Source: Fibrobacteria bacterium
GTDB lineage: Bacteria; Fibrobacterota; Fibrobacteria; UBA11236; JADFYW01
DNA length: 64,000 bases
Assembly: GCA_050294405.1 (NCBI GenBank)
Contig: JBNKOC010000004.1
Coordinates: forward strand, 1 to 64,000
Direction of reading: 5' to 3'
A model generated the notes under the pieces. It did no database searches and was not told where the DNA came from. It saw only the letters and a program-made list of their open reading frames with translations. The translations under genes were made by a program, and so were the position numbers. Below, one piece after another: positions 8,854 through 19,011 of the stretch; the first letter of the stretch is position 1, and each line of letters starts with the position of its first letter.

Positions 8854-10434
8854 ATGATAAAAAAATATTTTTTTTTAGTACCTGCATTTTTAGGATTGTG
8901 GAACCATGTATACGGAATCGAGATTACTTCTCTGTACCCCCGAAATCAGGCTACAAACCAATGCATAGATACACCCCTTAGGGCTATCCTTTCTGGGCCG
9001 GCAACGCTAAATTGGTCTGGCGAAGTTCGCATTACCAACTTAAATACCGGAACAGTGATTCATCGCTGGAATTTAAACCAGAATCCACCCAACCCGTTAG
9101 AGGGAGCTGTGGCCGCAAACTGGCCTTATAAGGATTCGGTGGGACATACTCAGCGCAACGTATGGCCTCTGGTTATAGATAGCATACCAGATAATCTGGT
9201 GGAAATTAGAGTTCCCCATAATTTGCTGAAGCCCGGAGTTCGTTATCAAATTGAGATGGAGCCCGGAACCATTCAGGGAAAAGACGGCTCTTCTTTTTCT
9301 GGAATTAGTTCCGGAGAATGGACCTTTTCCACCCGATTACAATTACCCACTCCTTCTTCCAGCATCACTGTTGCCCAAGACAATTCAGCTGATGTTTGCA
9401 GCATTCAAGGCGGATTGGATTTGATTGAGGAAGACAACTCAGGACCATCCTACCTTTGGATAAAATCTGGCTACTACAGGGAAATGGCGGCCCAAAAGGG
9501 AAAAAATAACATCTATTTATATGGAACCGGAGCTAACCAGAGTTTCATCAGATATTACAACAGCAACCATTTAAATGAGGGAACCAGTTATCGAAATGTC
9601 TTACATTTAGAAGGAAATGAAATTCATATAAGAGCCTTAAGCCTGACTAACACCGTTACCGTAACAGGCAGCCAGGCGGAAGCTTTATTTTTAGTCAGCG
9701 ATAAGGCCGTGGTTACCGATGTAATCATAAACAGCCACCAGGATAGCTGGCACAATAAAAACGGAAGGGTATATGTGGAAAACTCCACCATTAATGGAAG
9801 CGTGGATTTTATTTGGGGGTATAGCCCGGCTTTTTTTAACAATTGTATTTTGGGTTTCACCCGTAAATCTTCGGTGGTGGTAATGCCGCGAAATGATGCC
9901 TCCACCCATGGCTATGTTTTTAATCAATGCATTTTAAAAGCCCTTCGTCCCGAGTATACTGACAATAAATTTGCCAGAGATGCTGGAACAAATTATCCTG
10001 ATGGCGAAGTGGTTTGGCTCAACACCCAAATTGAAGGCAATATTATGGCTTCATCGCCCTGGACCATTAACTCTGGGATGGATGTAAACAGACTGAATTT
10101 TTGCGAATATAAATCCACCGACGCAAACGGCAATTTGATTATACCCCAAGGCCAAAGACAATCTCACCAATGTTCAGATGCTTTGGCGGAATCTTATAGC
10201 AAAGCTGAAAATGTATTGGATGGCTGGACTCCAGAGTTCCTGCCAATTGAGGATGTGCTATCCAACCACCCAGGATTAAAACCCATTTCCATAGGAAGAC
10301 CAAAAAGAGATTTGAAAAAACAAAAAAGCTTCGGTGGAAAAATTTTGGATGTTAAAGGTAAAGTTGTATCCGGAAAAAACAATGACCCAGGAAGTTTACC
10401 CCCGGGTTATTTTTTCAAGCCTAATAAGCCTTAA
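8854..10434 (+). CDS. CE8 pectin methylesterase-like protein with N-terminal Ig-like domain
   Basis: SIQGGLD, IKSGYYRE, QAEAL, HQDSW, INGSVDFIWG; start moved to ATG 8854 (signal peptide MIKKYFFLV; 1 nt after upstream stop). Confidence 0.85.
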   Translation: MIKKYFFLVPAFLGLWNHVYGIEITSLYPRNQATNQCIDTPLRAILSGPATLNWSGEVRITNLNTGTVIHRWNLNQNPPNPLEGAVAANWPYKDSVGHTQRNVWPLVIDSIPDNLVEIRVPHNLLKPGVRYQIEMEPGTIQGKDGSSFSGISSGEWTFSTRLQLPTPSSSITVAQDNSADVCSIQGGLDLIEEDNSGPSYLWIKSGYYREMAAQKGKNNIYLYGTGANQSFIRYYNSNHLNEGTSYRNVLHLEGNEIHIRALSLTNTVTVTGSQAEALFLVSDKAVVTDVIINSHQDSWHNKNGRVYVENSTINGSVDFIWGYSPAFFNNCILGFTRKSSVVVMPRNDASTHGYVFNQCILKALRPEYTDNKFARDAGTNYPDGEVVWLNTQIEGNIMASSPWTINSGMDVNRLNFCEYKSTDANGNLIIPQGQRQSHQCSDALAESYSKAENVLDGWTPEFLPIEDVLSNHPGLKPISIGRPKRDLKKQKSFGGKILDVKGKVVSGKNNDPGSLPPGYFFKPNKP

Positions 10435-12028
10435 TCAAAACCAGGCCGCGATACTGAGAAGGAGGAGTAGTTCCTTTTTTCCAATTAAACAATTTATGGC
10501 CTTTTAAATCATAAACATTGGCAGCCGAGCATCCCTTGCAAATATCGGAAAAGGAGCTAAATCCATTTAGTAAAAGTTTTTTAGGGTGAGCAGATAATTT
10601 TGAGGCCCATTCTTTAGGCTTTTTATTGGCTACAATCTGCCCGCTGGTATCCATTACTTCCTCAATGGCACTCAACCAGACTTCCGCCATTTTTTTTGCG
10701 CCAGATTCGTTGGGATGATAGGGATCTACCATGTCGGAATTCGTATCAAAACCTGTATTTTGATCCACTAAATAAACAAGGGATTCTTCTGTTTTCATTT
10801 CCTCAACCAAAGTTTCCAGCTTAGCATTTAGCATATCGATTACATCGTTGGCATTTGGAATTTCATTGGCTGTGGTTGGAATTATTTTCGCCAATAGCAC
10901 TGATACGTTAGGATTGACATCTCTTAAACTGTCTATAATTCCTGAAATATCCTCTACAGTTCTATCAGTAACTTCTTCGGGAGTTCCCGACTCATGATTT
11001 ATATCATTGGTTCCAATATGCAATAAAACCATATCCGGATTGGCCTCTTCCGCAAAACCATGTACTCTGGGCAAAAGCCAATCGGCCTCTCTGGCCCAAT
11101 GGCCTTCGTGGTCTAAATCATATTCATAGGACTCAGGGTCCTTTCCATTATTTTGATGTTTTTTCAAACTTCCCACAAAATCAAAATGGTAGCCTGCTTT
11201 ACGCAGCATGGCGTCCAAATGAAAGCGATAGGATTCTTTTGTGGAAGTGCCCTCTGTTATAGAATTCCCCAGGGGCATGATACGAATGGCTTCTAACCTG
11301 TCCATTTCCAACATTTCAACCAGTTTGGGTTCCATAGCCTCGGCCCATTTCACATATCCCTCCGCATTAGGGTGGAGCTGATCCGGCATTAGGCTTCCAT
11401 TTACAGAACCGTTATTATTTAAAAATACATGGCCAATATCCAGATAATGAATAATGTTATCGTCCGCAAACCCTTCCAAACCATCGTTAATAGTGGCTAT
11501 TTGGTCCATATAACTGCCATTGCCATTGCCGCCTCCTCGAGGGAAAATACCCAGCAATAAAATGCGGGTATATGGCATTCTACGGATCATCAATTGTAAA
11601 ACCGCTCTTACACCTTCCAGCGTTTGCTCTGGTGTATCCGAAGGATCCCAGCCGATGTTATTGGTACCTATCATAACTATGGCCACATGGGGATGCACAC
11701 CGGGTTTCCAATCCATATTTCCATTTAAAAAACGATTAAGCACACCTTGCGTTCTATCCCCGGAAATACCGGCATTTAAAGGATAACGATCACTGTAAAA
11801 TTGATTCCATACGCTGGAGCCCGCGTTCTCCCAAAAATGGGTTATTGAATTGCCCACCCAAAAAATACCCACTGTATCTGCATTGCGTACCCGGTTGCTA
11901 ATTAAATCGGAACGGGCTTGATCATAAGGCGAAGGATTAGTGGATCTTTGGCTTGGAATAGGGCTCCAAAATTCACCTTGGCCCCAGCCGGCGGCCCATA
12001 ACATAAGGCAATAAAAAACAATTTTCAT
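10421..12028 (-). CDS. secreted tandem SGNH/GDSL hydrolase (probable carbohydrate acetylesterase)
   Basis: two complete SGNH motif sets: GNSIT/GISGD/IGTNN/DQLHPN and GNSIT/HEGH/IGTND/DPYHPN; likely start ATG 12028 (MKIVFY signal peptide). Confidence 0.88.
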   Translation of the reverse strand: MKIVFYCLMLWAAGWGQGEFWSPIPSQRSTNPSPYDQARSDLISNRVRNADTVGIFWVGNSITHFWENAGSSVWNQFYSDRYPLNAGISGDRTQGVLNRFLNGNMDWKPGVHPHVAIVMIGTNNIGWDPSDTPEQTLEGVRAVLQLMIRRMPYTRILLLGIFPRGGGNGNGSYMDQIATINDGLEGFADDNIIHYLDIGHVFLNNNGSVNGSLMPDQLHPNAEGYVKWAEAMEPKLVEMLEMDRLEAIRIMPLGNSITEGTSTKESYRFHLDAMLRKAGYHFDFVGSLKKHQNNGKDPESYEYDLDHEGHWAREADWLLPRVHGFAEEANPDMVLLHIGTNDINHESGTPEEVTDRTVEDISGIIDSLRDVNPNVSVLLAKIIPTTANEIPNANDVIDMLNAKLETLVEEMKTEESLVYLVDQNTGFDTNSDMVDPYHPNESGAKKMAEVWLSAIEEVMDTSGQIVANKKPKEWASKLSAHPKKLLLNGFSSFSDICKGCSAANVYDLKGHKLFNWKKGTTPPSQYRGLVLIKAY

Positions 12029-12170
12029 GGAAACAGATCTCCCCAATATATTTTTGAATTATCCTATCTTTAATCAATTGCCAACCCTTTTAGAGCTCCT
12101 CTTAAATAAGACGTTACTCAATAGCAATTAACACATAAATTTTAATAAAATACGGCCCATTTGCCTGTAG

Positions 12171-14030
12171 TTAAAATCCAGGAATCACTTGGGTTTTTAG
12201 GGCTTCATTTCCTTGATACAAAGTTATCAAAAGTAAAGATTTGGATTTGGGCAAAGGAACACGAGCTGGAAGCTTAACTTGTTTGTGGCCCACTAACTTT
12301 CCTTCTATAGTTTGAATTTTATAACTGAAATTACTGTTAGACCGAATAGGCGAATTAAGGCTCATGTATATTTCATTCCCAAATTTGGAAAAATTAACCT
12401 GCTCCTTTTTCAAATGCTGATTATGAGGAGGATTTAAAGATATATTTACTCCAAAATCCCCGGATAAAACCAAATGGTTTACAGAATGAGGGCGCAGGGA
12501 CACTTCATTTTGTCCGTTAATTTGGGAACTGTTGTCTTGCTCAATATTCCCGCTATTGCCCTCCCCAAACCAATGCCATGATTCAAGATTAATACTGGAG
12601 GAATTTCCCAAATTCAATTGAACTGTTTCCTGGCTTGCGGACTTATTAATTAACATAAGGTGCAATTTATCAGCCGGCCCTGAAAAAGAGGCAAAGGAAC
12701 TGATTTTTTCCAGATTTTGGGAAGTGGTAGGCACTGACCAGTTTCCAAACTTTCCCCCTTGCCCATCGTAATTCAGATAAATGTTAAATGCGGAAGTGCT
12801 GAAAGTTCCCGGATCGGACCAAAGAGTTGCCATATATACTCCCTCAGCCCCAAATACCCCCAATACATCAGCTTGTGCCAGACCGCCCGAATAATGGTCA
12901 TGTCCTCCATATTCATATTCCGTAATGGCTATTTTTGTTCCAGGGTAATATGTATCAATGGACTCCTTAACATTTCGGATAATAGTAATGGGCTCCTCAG
13001 CCAATACATCCTGAATCCAGCTGGATTCAATATAACTGGGATCCCACAAAGCCCTGGGCGCCTGCAATCTAGCCTCAATTTGAGAAGCAGACAGTTGATC
13101 GCAATTATCAATAATAATTCTGCAATCCCCCTTGGCTTCTGGATACCAATGAAAATCCAATACATCCAATAGACGTTTTCCTTCGCTGTCACCGGCTTTT
13201 TTCATTTCATCCAAATACGCAGATATAAACCAATCATAGTTTTGGGAATACTGGGTATCCCAATCGCCCCCATTTAAACCCATCATGGCACCCCAACCGT
13301 ATGTAGCCGGGCCAAATATTTCCGTATTGGAGTCCACAGCTTTTACTGCAGAGGATGCCGCAATACTTTTATCCAATAGGGATCTTACATTTAGGGTTTG
13401 AGGGTGTATACGAACATGAGTATAAGGCCAAAGGGCCGGTTCATTGTCCAACGACCAGGCGTCTACTCCGCCATTTTCCGAATCGCCAAGTTGCTCAGCC
13501 ATAGCATATACAAATTCGTCCATATAGACTTTGCCATCATTTAAATCCGGTGTTTCGGACAAACTGCTTGGCTTTTTAAATTCCACGGGCAGCCATCGGG
13601 AACTGGGGGCAACCTGGTTTTCTTCAACGGTCCCATTTTTATCGGCAGATACATAGCCAGCCATTTGTATGGTTCCAAGGGTATATTGTCCACGGCCTTT
13701 AAATTTATTGTGAAATTCTGTTAATCCAATTCCAGGTATTTCTTTTTGCTCTTCTGGCAAATCCTGAACTAAATAGTCATCGCTGTGGTGAATATAATCG
13801 CTGCCGGCATTGGAAGCGTTCGTTTCCCAATTGTAAGCTGTCAGACGGTTTCCACCCCATCGGGAAGAAGTATGGGGAATGTTAGCGCTATTGCACCACT
13901 CATTAGCCCCATAGATTAAAGGGCTGATTTCACTGGGCTCTGTGGATAAATCCACCTCCACGGAAATGGCTTGAGCCCCAATGTTTAAAGATAAAATACC
14001 ATAAAAAACAGCTATAAAATATTGCTTCAT
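12171..14030 (-). CDS. GH44 endoglucanase/xyloglucanase
   Basis: ISPLIYGAN, RWGGNRLTAYNWETNASNAGSD, LDNEPALW, RLLDVLDFHWYPE, KIAITEY. Confidence 0.94.
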   Translation of the reverse strand: MKQYFIAVFYGILSLNIGAQAISVEVDLSTEPSEISPLIYGANEWCNSANIPHTSSRWGGNRLTAYNWETNASNAGSDYIHHSDDYLVQDLPEEQKEIPGIGLTEFHNKFKGRGQYTLGTIQMAGYVSADKNGTVEENQVAPSSRWLPVEFKKPSSLSETPDLNDGKVYMDEFVYAMAEQLGDSENGGVDAWSLDNEPALWPYTHVRIHPQTLNVRSLLDKSIAASSAVKAVDSNTEIFGPATYGWGAMMGLNGGDWDTQYSQNYDWFISAYLDEMKKAGDSEGKRLLDVLDFHWYPEAKGDCRIIIDNCDQLSASQIEARLQAPRALWDPSYIESSWIQDVLAEEPITIIRNVKESIDTYYPGTKIAITEYEYGGHDHYSGGLAQADVLGVFGAEGVYMATLWSDPGTFSTSAFNIYLNYDGQGGKFGNWSVPTTSQNLEKISSFASFSGPADKLHLMLINKSASQETVQLNLGNSSSINLESWHWFGEGNSGNIEQDNSSQINGQNEVSLRPHSVNHLVLSGDFGVNISLNPPHNQHLKKEQVNFSKFGNEIYMSLNSPIRSNSNFSYKIQTIEGKLVGHKQVKLPARVPLPKSKSLLLITLYQGNEALKTQVIPGF

Positions 14031-14259
14031 AATTCGAGAATTTCCCCCTATAAGTCTATCTACCTAATTAGAAGTTTTCTTGTATATAAGCGTTCAGATT
14101 TCCCTATTTTTCCCCAAGTTTATGGTGAAAATTTTAAAATTAAGCCATATCTGGTATAAAATCTGTTTTTTTCCTAAGCAATCGAGACCATTAGAAAAGC
14201 CAGTCCCAAATAAATCAAAATTTCTTCGAGGCCCCCTCGAACCGCATTCTCTAATGAAT

Positions 14260-14787
14260 CTATAAATCAGATCCGTCTGGATCTTTAGGAGTGGGAACCG
14301 GCCATTGCAAACGTAAAACCAATTCCAGCCCGGAAACCATATCGCTATCCGGGTTATTTTTGCTCAGAGAGGTGGAAAAATCGAAGGGGTAATTTACGGA
14401 TAGGGTAAACCATTTGCTGTTATAATTAAAGGAAGGACCCATTCCCCAACCCCATTGCTCGTTATTGCCATCGTAATGGGTGTGGATTTCCGGTCCGAAT
14501 GTAACAGTTCGTCCCAGGCCCAAAGTAAAACGCAAGCTCCTGAAGTTTGCCAGCCAGTCTATGCCAATTTCAAAATTGCCATAGCCATAATTGTCCCAAC
14601 CGCTCACCCCCAGATAGGTTTGGAAAGTGCCGTAGTCGTTAGGACTGGTTATCTCGTCGGGCTTTCCAAATAGCTGGCGGGAAGATAAAGAAAAGTGGTA
14701 TTGCCCCTCTGCCTGTAAGGAAACCGGCAAAATAAAAAAGGAACAACAAAAAACAATTAAAGCGGAACGCAAAACCCTTAACCCCAA
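14260..14787 (-). CDS. hypothetical exported protein, possible small beta-barrel
   Basis: signal peptide; alternating aromatic/Gly beta-strand-like segments. Confidence 0.55.
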   Translation of the reverse strand: MGLRVLRSALIVFCCSFFILPVSLQAEGQYHFSLSSRQLFGKPDEITSPNDYGTFQTYLGVSGWDNYGYGNFEIGIDWLANFRSLRFTLGLGRTVTFGPEIHTHYDGNNEQWGWGMGPSFNYNSKWFTLSVNYPFDFSTSLSKNNPDSDMVSGLELVLRLQWPVPTPKDPDGSDL

Positions 14788-14795
14788 ATTTTCTC

Positions 14796-15932
14796 CTATG
14801 AAGCTGCCCGTTGGGGCAACTTGTGCTTAACAAATACCTTGTAGGATTCAAGCCGTGCCTCGCCATTTTTGAATAGTGATTCAAATTCACCCGGCTCAAA
14901 ATCTCTATCGGGCGGATAGCGTCGTTTTCCCTGGGTATCGGTTAATATATGTGTGCATTTAACTTTTGGAATTTTCCAACCGTTTAACTTGGAGCCATAT
15001 ACTTTAAGGCCGGACATGTTGGCTGAATCAAAATGGGCTTCGGACAAACTTGAAAACATAACTGATGTATTTATCCAATGTGAATCCATGGCAATTACGC
15101 CATTTAAATTGGCGTCGCTTAAGTTGGCTTCGTTAAGGCAGGCGTTCACCAAGTTACATTTGGATAAATTAGCGCAACTCATGGTGGCCCCGGTAAGATT
15201 TATGTTTTTCATGTCTGCAAATTCCAAGTCGCATTCAAAAAAAACAGTTCCACTGCAGTCAGAATGGGACAAATCACATTCTTTCATGCGGGAACGGGTA
15301 AAATCCGCGGCCGTAAAATTGGAATGTATCATAACCGAGCCTGTAAAATCCGTCTCTTTAAAGTTGGCTAAAAAACAATGTGCCTTTTCCAGGCTCACTT
15401 CACTAAGGTCAGCGTGCATTAAATCGGCTTCCACCAAGCGAGTTTCCAGCATCTCGGATTTGCTAAGGTCCGCAAATAAAAAACGGGACTGGTTAAACTG
15501 GGCCTGGCTTAGATTGGACATGCTTAAATCCGCCTCGCTGAAATCGCTTTCTTTGGCAATAACATTTCGCATATCCGTTTGAAATAAATTGGCCTGATAA
15601 AAATTGGACTTATACAAACGAGCGCCCATTAAATTAGCGCCGTACAAGTTGGCTTTCATAAAAATGGACTTTTCCAGATGTATGTTAGTTAAGTCGCATT
15701 TACAAAAATAAGCTTCGCTAAAATCGCATTCAGAAAAATTAAAAAGGCCCAATTTGTTATTGCTTAAATTAATGCCTCTTAAATTGGGTTTGATATTAGG
15801 GTTGTTTTGCCGCCATTGATTCCATATTTTGGCGTCGTCTCTTTCCAAAGCGCTAAAAAGCACTTCCAAATGGGAAGAGTCGCCCACAAATCTCTTTTGG
15901 ATTTTGTCGAATATTATCAAATTTTTAGACAA
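14796..15932 (-). CDS. pentapeptide repeat protein
   Basis: long A(D/N)Lxx repeat tract; N-cap WNQWR...NLRGINL; C-terminal C..I...RRYP..RDFEPGEF. Confidence 0.92.
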   Translation of the reverse strand: MSKNLIIFDKIQKRFVGDSSHLEVLFSALERDDAKIWNQWRQNNPNIKPNLRGINLSNNKLGLFNFSECDFSEAYFCKCDLTNIHLEKSIFMKANLYGANLMGARLYKSNFYQANLFQTDMRNVIAKESDFSEADLSMSNLSQAQFNQSRFLFADLSKSEMLETRLVEADLMHADLSEVSLEKAHCFLANFKETDFTGSVMIHSNFTAADFTRSRMKECDLSHSDCSGTVFFECDLEFADMKNINLTGATMSCANLSKCNLVNACLNEANLSDANLNGVIAMDSHWINTSVMFSSLSEAHFDSANMSGLKVYGSKLNGWKIPKVKCTHILTDTQGKRRYPPDRDFEPGEFESLFKNGEARLESYKVFVKHKLPQRAAS

Positions 15933-16092
15933 ACCTAAAACCTCAAATGGCCTTCAAAAGGGCCACCTATTTAAATCAATATAGTAAATGGCCCAGGTTT
16001 GAGGAATAATGCGGGGTTTTTAGGCGTTTTTTTGCACTGCATTTATATTTTATTTAACAAAAAACGCCCTTTTAACCGGATTAAAATTAGCT

Positions 16093-17358
16093 ATGGAAAA
16101 AATTCAAGATAAACTGGAAGCCACTCTAAGCCAAAACAATCAGCTTAATTTGCTTAAGTTTTTAAAAAACCTTCCCGAAAGCCCTCAAAAATCAAAACTG
16201 GCCCAACAACTGGAAGAAGTGGATTGGAAATTAATTCAAAACTTAAAATCCGAATTATTAGAAGGGAATGCAGAAAAGCCCTTGCAACTGGAACCCTTAA
16301 AGGCAGATGTCCTTTCTGAAATGGGCGAGGAGCAAATTGAGAGGTATAGGAAAAAGGGTAATGAGCTCCTGTCTCAGGGAAAAGTGGCCTGCTTTCTGGT
16401 TGCAGGGGGTCAAGGCTCCCGGCTCGGCCATGAAGGCCCAAAAGGCAGTTTTGACATTGGGTTAAAAAGCCATAAGTCTCTTTTTGAATTACAGGCCCAA
16501 CGCCTGAAAAAAAGGCAAATCGAAACATCGGAAATCATTCCCTGGTATGTTATGACCAGTCCGCAAAACCATCTCCAAACTACGGAATTTTTTGAGTCTA
16601 ACAATTATTTTGGGCTTAATCCTGATAACATTATGTTTTTTCCCCAGGGAACTTTACCTGCTGTGGATACAAATGGAGAGCTTATGTTATCGGAAAATGG
16701 CGAACTCGCCTTATCGCCTAACGGAAATGGAGGCTGTTTTAAGGCCCTTAAAGATTCCGGGGCCCTTTCCGATATGAAAAACCGGGGCGTGGAATATGTA
16801 TTCTTTTACGCTGTGGACAACGCCCTGGTAAACATGGCCGACCCCGTATTTATCGGCTATACCTATTACAGTAAAATGCCCACTGCCAGTAAAGTAGTTG
16901 CCAAAGCCAATCCGGAAGAAAAGGTTGGCTTATTGGTGCTTAACAATGGCCGCCCGGGAGTCATGGAATATTCAGATATGCCCGAGGAATTGTTGCAGCA
17001 AAAGGATAGCCGGGGAAATTTACTTTACAATAACGGCAACATCGCCATCCATTTATTTTCCCTTGAATTTTTACTGGAAAATAGCGAAATCCCTCTGCCT
17101 TTCCATAAGGCCCATAAAAAAATCCCCACCCTGGATAATTCGGGTAAGCCCTATACTCCATCCGAACCCAATGGTTACAAGTTCGAAATGTTTATGTTTG
17201 ATTTATTTCCCCGCGCAAAGGGAATGGCCGCTTTGCAGATAATCAGGGAAGAGGAGTTCGCCCCCGTTAAAAATAAAGAGGGAGTGGATAGCCCTGAAAG
17301 CGCCCGAAGCCTGTTGACAAACTTTTATGAAAGAACCCGACGAGAAGAGCTAATTTGA
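16093..17358 (+). CDS. UDPGP-family (UAP-like) UDP-N-acetylhexosamine pyrophosphorylase
   Basis: LVAGGQGSRLG..GPKG, PWYVMTS, PNGNGG, VDNAL, EYS, KFEMFMFD, EFAPVKN. Confidence 0.92.
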   Translation: MEKIQDKLEATLSQNNQLNLLKFLKNLPESPQKSKLAQQLEEVDWKLIQNLKSELLEGNAEKPLQLEPLKADVLSEMGEEQIERYRKKGNELLSQGKVACFLVAGGQGSRLGHEGPKGSFDIGLKSHKSLFELQAQRLKKRQIETSEIIPWYVMTSPQNHLQTTEFFESNNYFGLNPDNIMFFPQGTLPAVDTNGELMLSENGELALSPNGNGGCFKALKDSGALSDMKNRGVEYVFFYAVDNALVNMADPVFIGYTYYSKMPTASKVVAKANPEEKVGLLVLNNGRPGVMEYSDMPEELLQQKDSRGNLLYNNGNIAIHLFSLEFLLENSEIPLPFHKAHKKIPTLDNSGKPYTPSEPNGYKFEMFMFDLFPRAKGMAALQIIREEEFAPVKNKEGVDSPESARSLLTNFYERTRREELI

Positions 17359-18098
17359 TTTTTTTTACCGCCATATTAATACTGGGCCAGGTCCTTTTAT
17401 CGGCTGCGCCAAAGACCATCCAACCTCAAGTTATTAGGGCTTTCCCCCACCAATCCGGGGGGTTTACCCAAGGTTTTGCCATTTCAGGCGACACCCTTCT
17501 GGAGGGAACCGGGCTTTTTAACAAATCAGCTATTTACATGCTTGATTTAAACAGCGGCGAAATTCTCCGCAACATAAGCGTAAGGCCCTATTTCGGTGAA
17601 GGAATAGCCTTAATGGAAAACCGCCTGGTCCAACTTAGCTGGAAAGCGGGTCTGGCTCTTGTATATGAGTACCCCAGCTTGGTTAAATTGGGAGAGTTTA
17701 AATATGAGGGAGAAGGCTGGGGGCTCAGCTCCCAGGACAATTTGTTTTACATGAGCAATGGCAGCGACAGTATTTATGTAAGAGACAACCTATTTAACAT
17801 CAAAAGGGTTTTTCATGTTAGTATTGAGGGCAAGGGCCAAAAAAATTTAAATGAATTGGAGTTCGCCCGCGGAAAATTGTACGCCAATGTATGGTATGCG
17901 CCATACATATTAAAAATAAACCCACAAGACGGCTCTGTAGAAAGTATTTATGATTGCACGAATATTATTGCCCTGGAAAAACCGGGCAACCCAAACAACG
18001 TACTAAACGGAATCGCCTTTAACCCCAGCTCCCAGACCTTTTACCTAACGGGAAAAAATTGGAATCAAATTTTCGAGGTGGTATTTCCCGATGGCTAA
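17355..18098 (+). CDS. glutaminyl-peptide cyclotransferase (beta-propeller, type I)
   Basis: FTQG, EGTG, FGEG, GEGWG, SNGS, LNELE, ANVW, VLNGIA, TGK.W; signal peptide. Confidence 0.93.
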   Translation: MIFFTAILILGQVLLSAAPKTIQPQVIRAFPHQSGGFTQGFAISGDTLLEGTGLFNKSAIYMLDLNSGEILRNISVRPYFGEGIALMENRLVQLSWKAGLALVYEYPSLVKLGEFKYEGEGWGLSSQDNLFYMSNGSDSIYVRDNLFNIKRVFHVSIEGKGQKNLNELEFARGKLYANVWYAPYILKINPQDGSVESIYDCTNIIALEKPGNPNNVLNGIAFNPSSQTFYLTGKNWNQIFEVVFPDG

Positions 18099-18972
18099 GC
18101 CCTCTTTGGGTTATGAAATTTTGGGGTGTTTGTGTATTTTCCTGCTGGAAATTATAAAAAGAGCTCCTCTTAGCTTTTTAAAATTTATTTCCAAAATTCT
18201 GCTTCCGGCTTATTTGTTATTGCGACATAAACATTGTGAAAAACTAAAAGTATTATGGAATAAAAGCCAAATCAATCTGGACCTTCAAACTTATTATAAC
18301 AATAGAATTAACACTGCCCTTCATTATGTCAAAAGCCATTTTTACCAAAGAAATTTGGACTTGTTGGAGATTAGGGGAAAAGAACATATAAACAAGCTTC
18401 TCCATTTAAATCAACCCATTGTTCTTTGCGGCATACACTGCGGGCCTTTTGAGCTGCAACATCAAATTCCATTTAGAGAACAGCTTCTTCCCGGCAGCGG
18501 GCCTAAAATTCTGGTGGCCAATCCCGCCTTTAGCTTAGCTTTAGAATCTTATGTTCACAAAATCAGGAAGCAATCTGAAATCCAGCTTATTCCACCCCAT
18601 CGCCTTGGAAAACATTTGAAAAGCTGGGTTTTAAATAATGGAGTTTTAGCCATGATGGTAGATCAATGTCCTCCGCCCCAAAAATGGAAGCTAAAACTTT
18701 TCAATCATTTGGAAATACCCGTGCCCCTTAAAACCCTCCAATGGTGTGGACAAAAAAAAGCCGCTTTGCTTCCCATAAGCAGCTACTGGGAAGCAGAAAA
18801 ACCCATTTTAGAGTTCCATAAGCCCTTATTGCCAAAAAATGGCGTACCAGACTCTAAGGATGATGAAAACAGCAAAGTGGAAAACTTTGTAAAAACTTTT
18901 CTGGAATCTCAAATTTTAGCCCATCCCGCACAATGGAACTGGTCCTACCCTCCCTTAAAAACCGCTCCCTGA
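18091..18972 (+). CDS. lysophospholipid/lipid A (LpxL-like) acyltransferase
   Basis: HCGPFE (HxxxxE), MMVDQ, C-terminal HPAQWNW. Confidence 0.75.
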   Translation: MAKPSLGYEILGCLCIFLLEIIKRAPLSFLKFISKILLPAYLLLRHKHCEKLKVLWNKSQINLDLQTYYNNRINTALHYVKSHFYQRNLDLLEIRGKEHINKLLHLNQPIVLCGIHCGPFELQHQIPFREQLLPGSGPKILVANPAFSLALESYVHKIRKQSEIQLIPPHRLGKHLKSWVLNNGVLAMMVDQCPPPQKWKLKLFNHLEIPVPLKTLQWCGQKKAALLPISSYWEAEKPILEFHKPLLPKNGVPDSKDDENSKVENFVKTFLESQILAHPAQWNWSYPPLKTAP

Positions 18973-19011
18973 CATTTCGCTAATTTGGCCTTCCCATCCC
19001 CTTAAGCCTTA

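Noticed and set aside
14953..15582. 209-aa antisense ORF over the pentapeptide gene
   Set aside because: Shadow ORF produced by the repeat periodicity.
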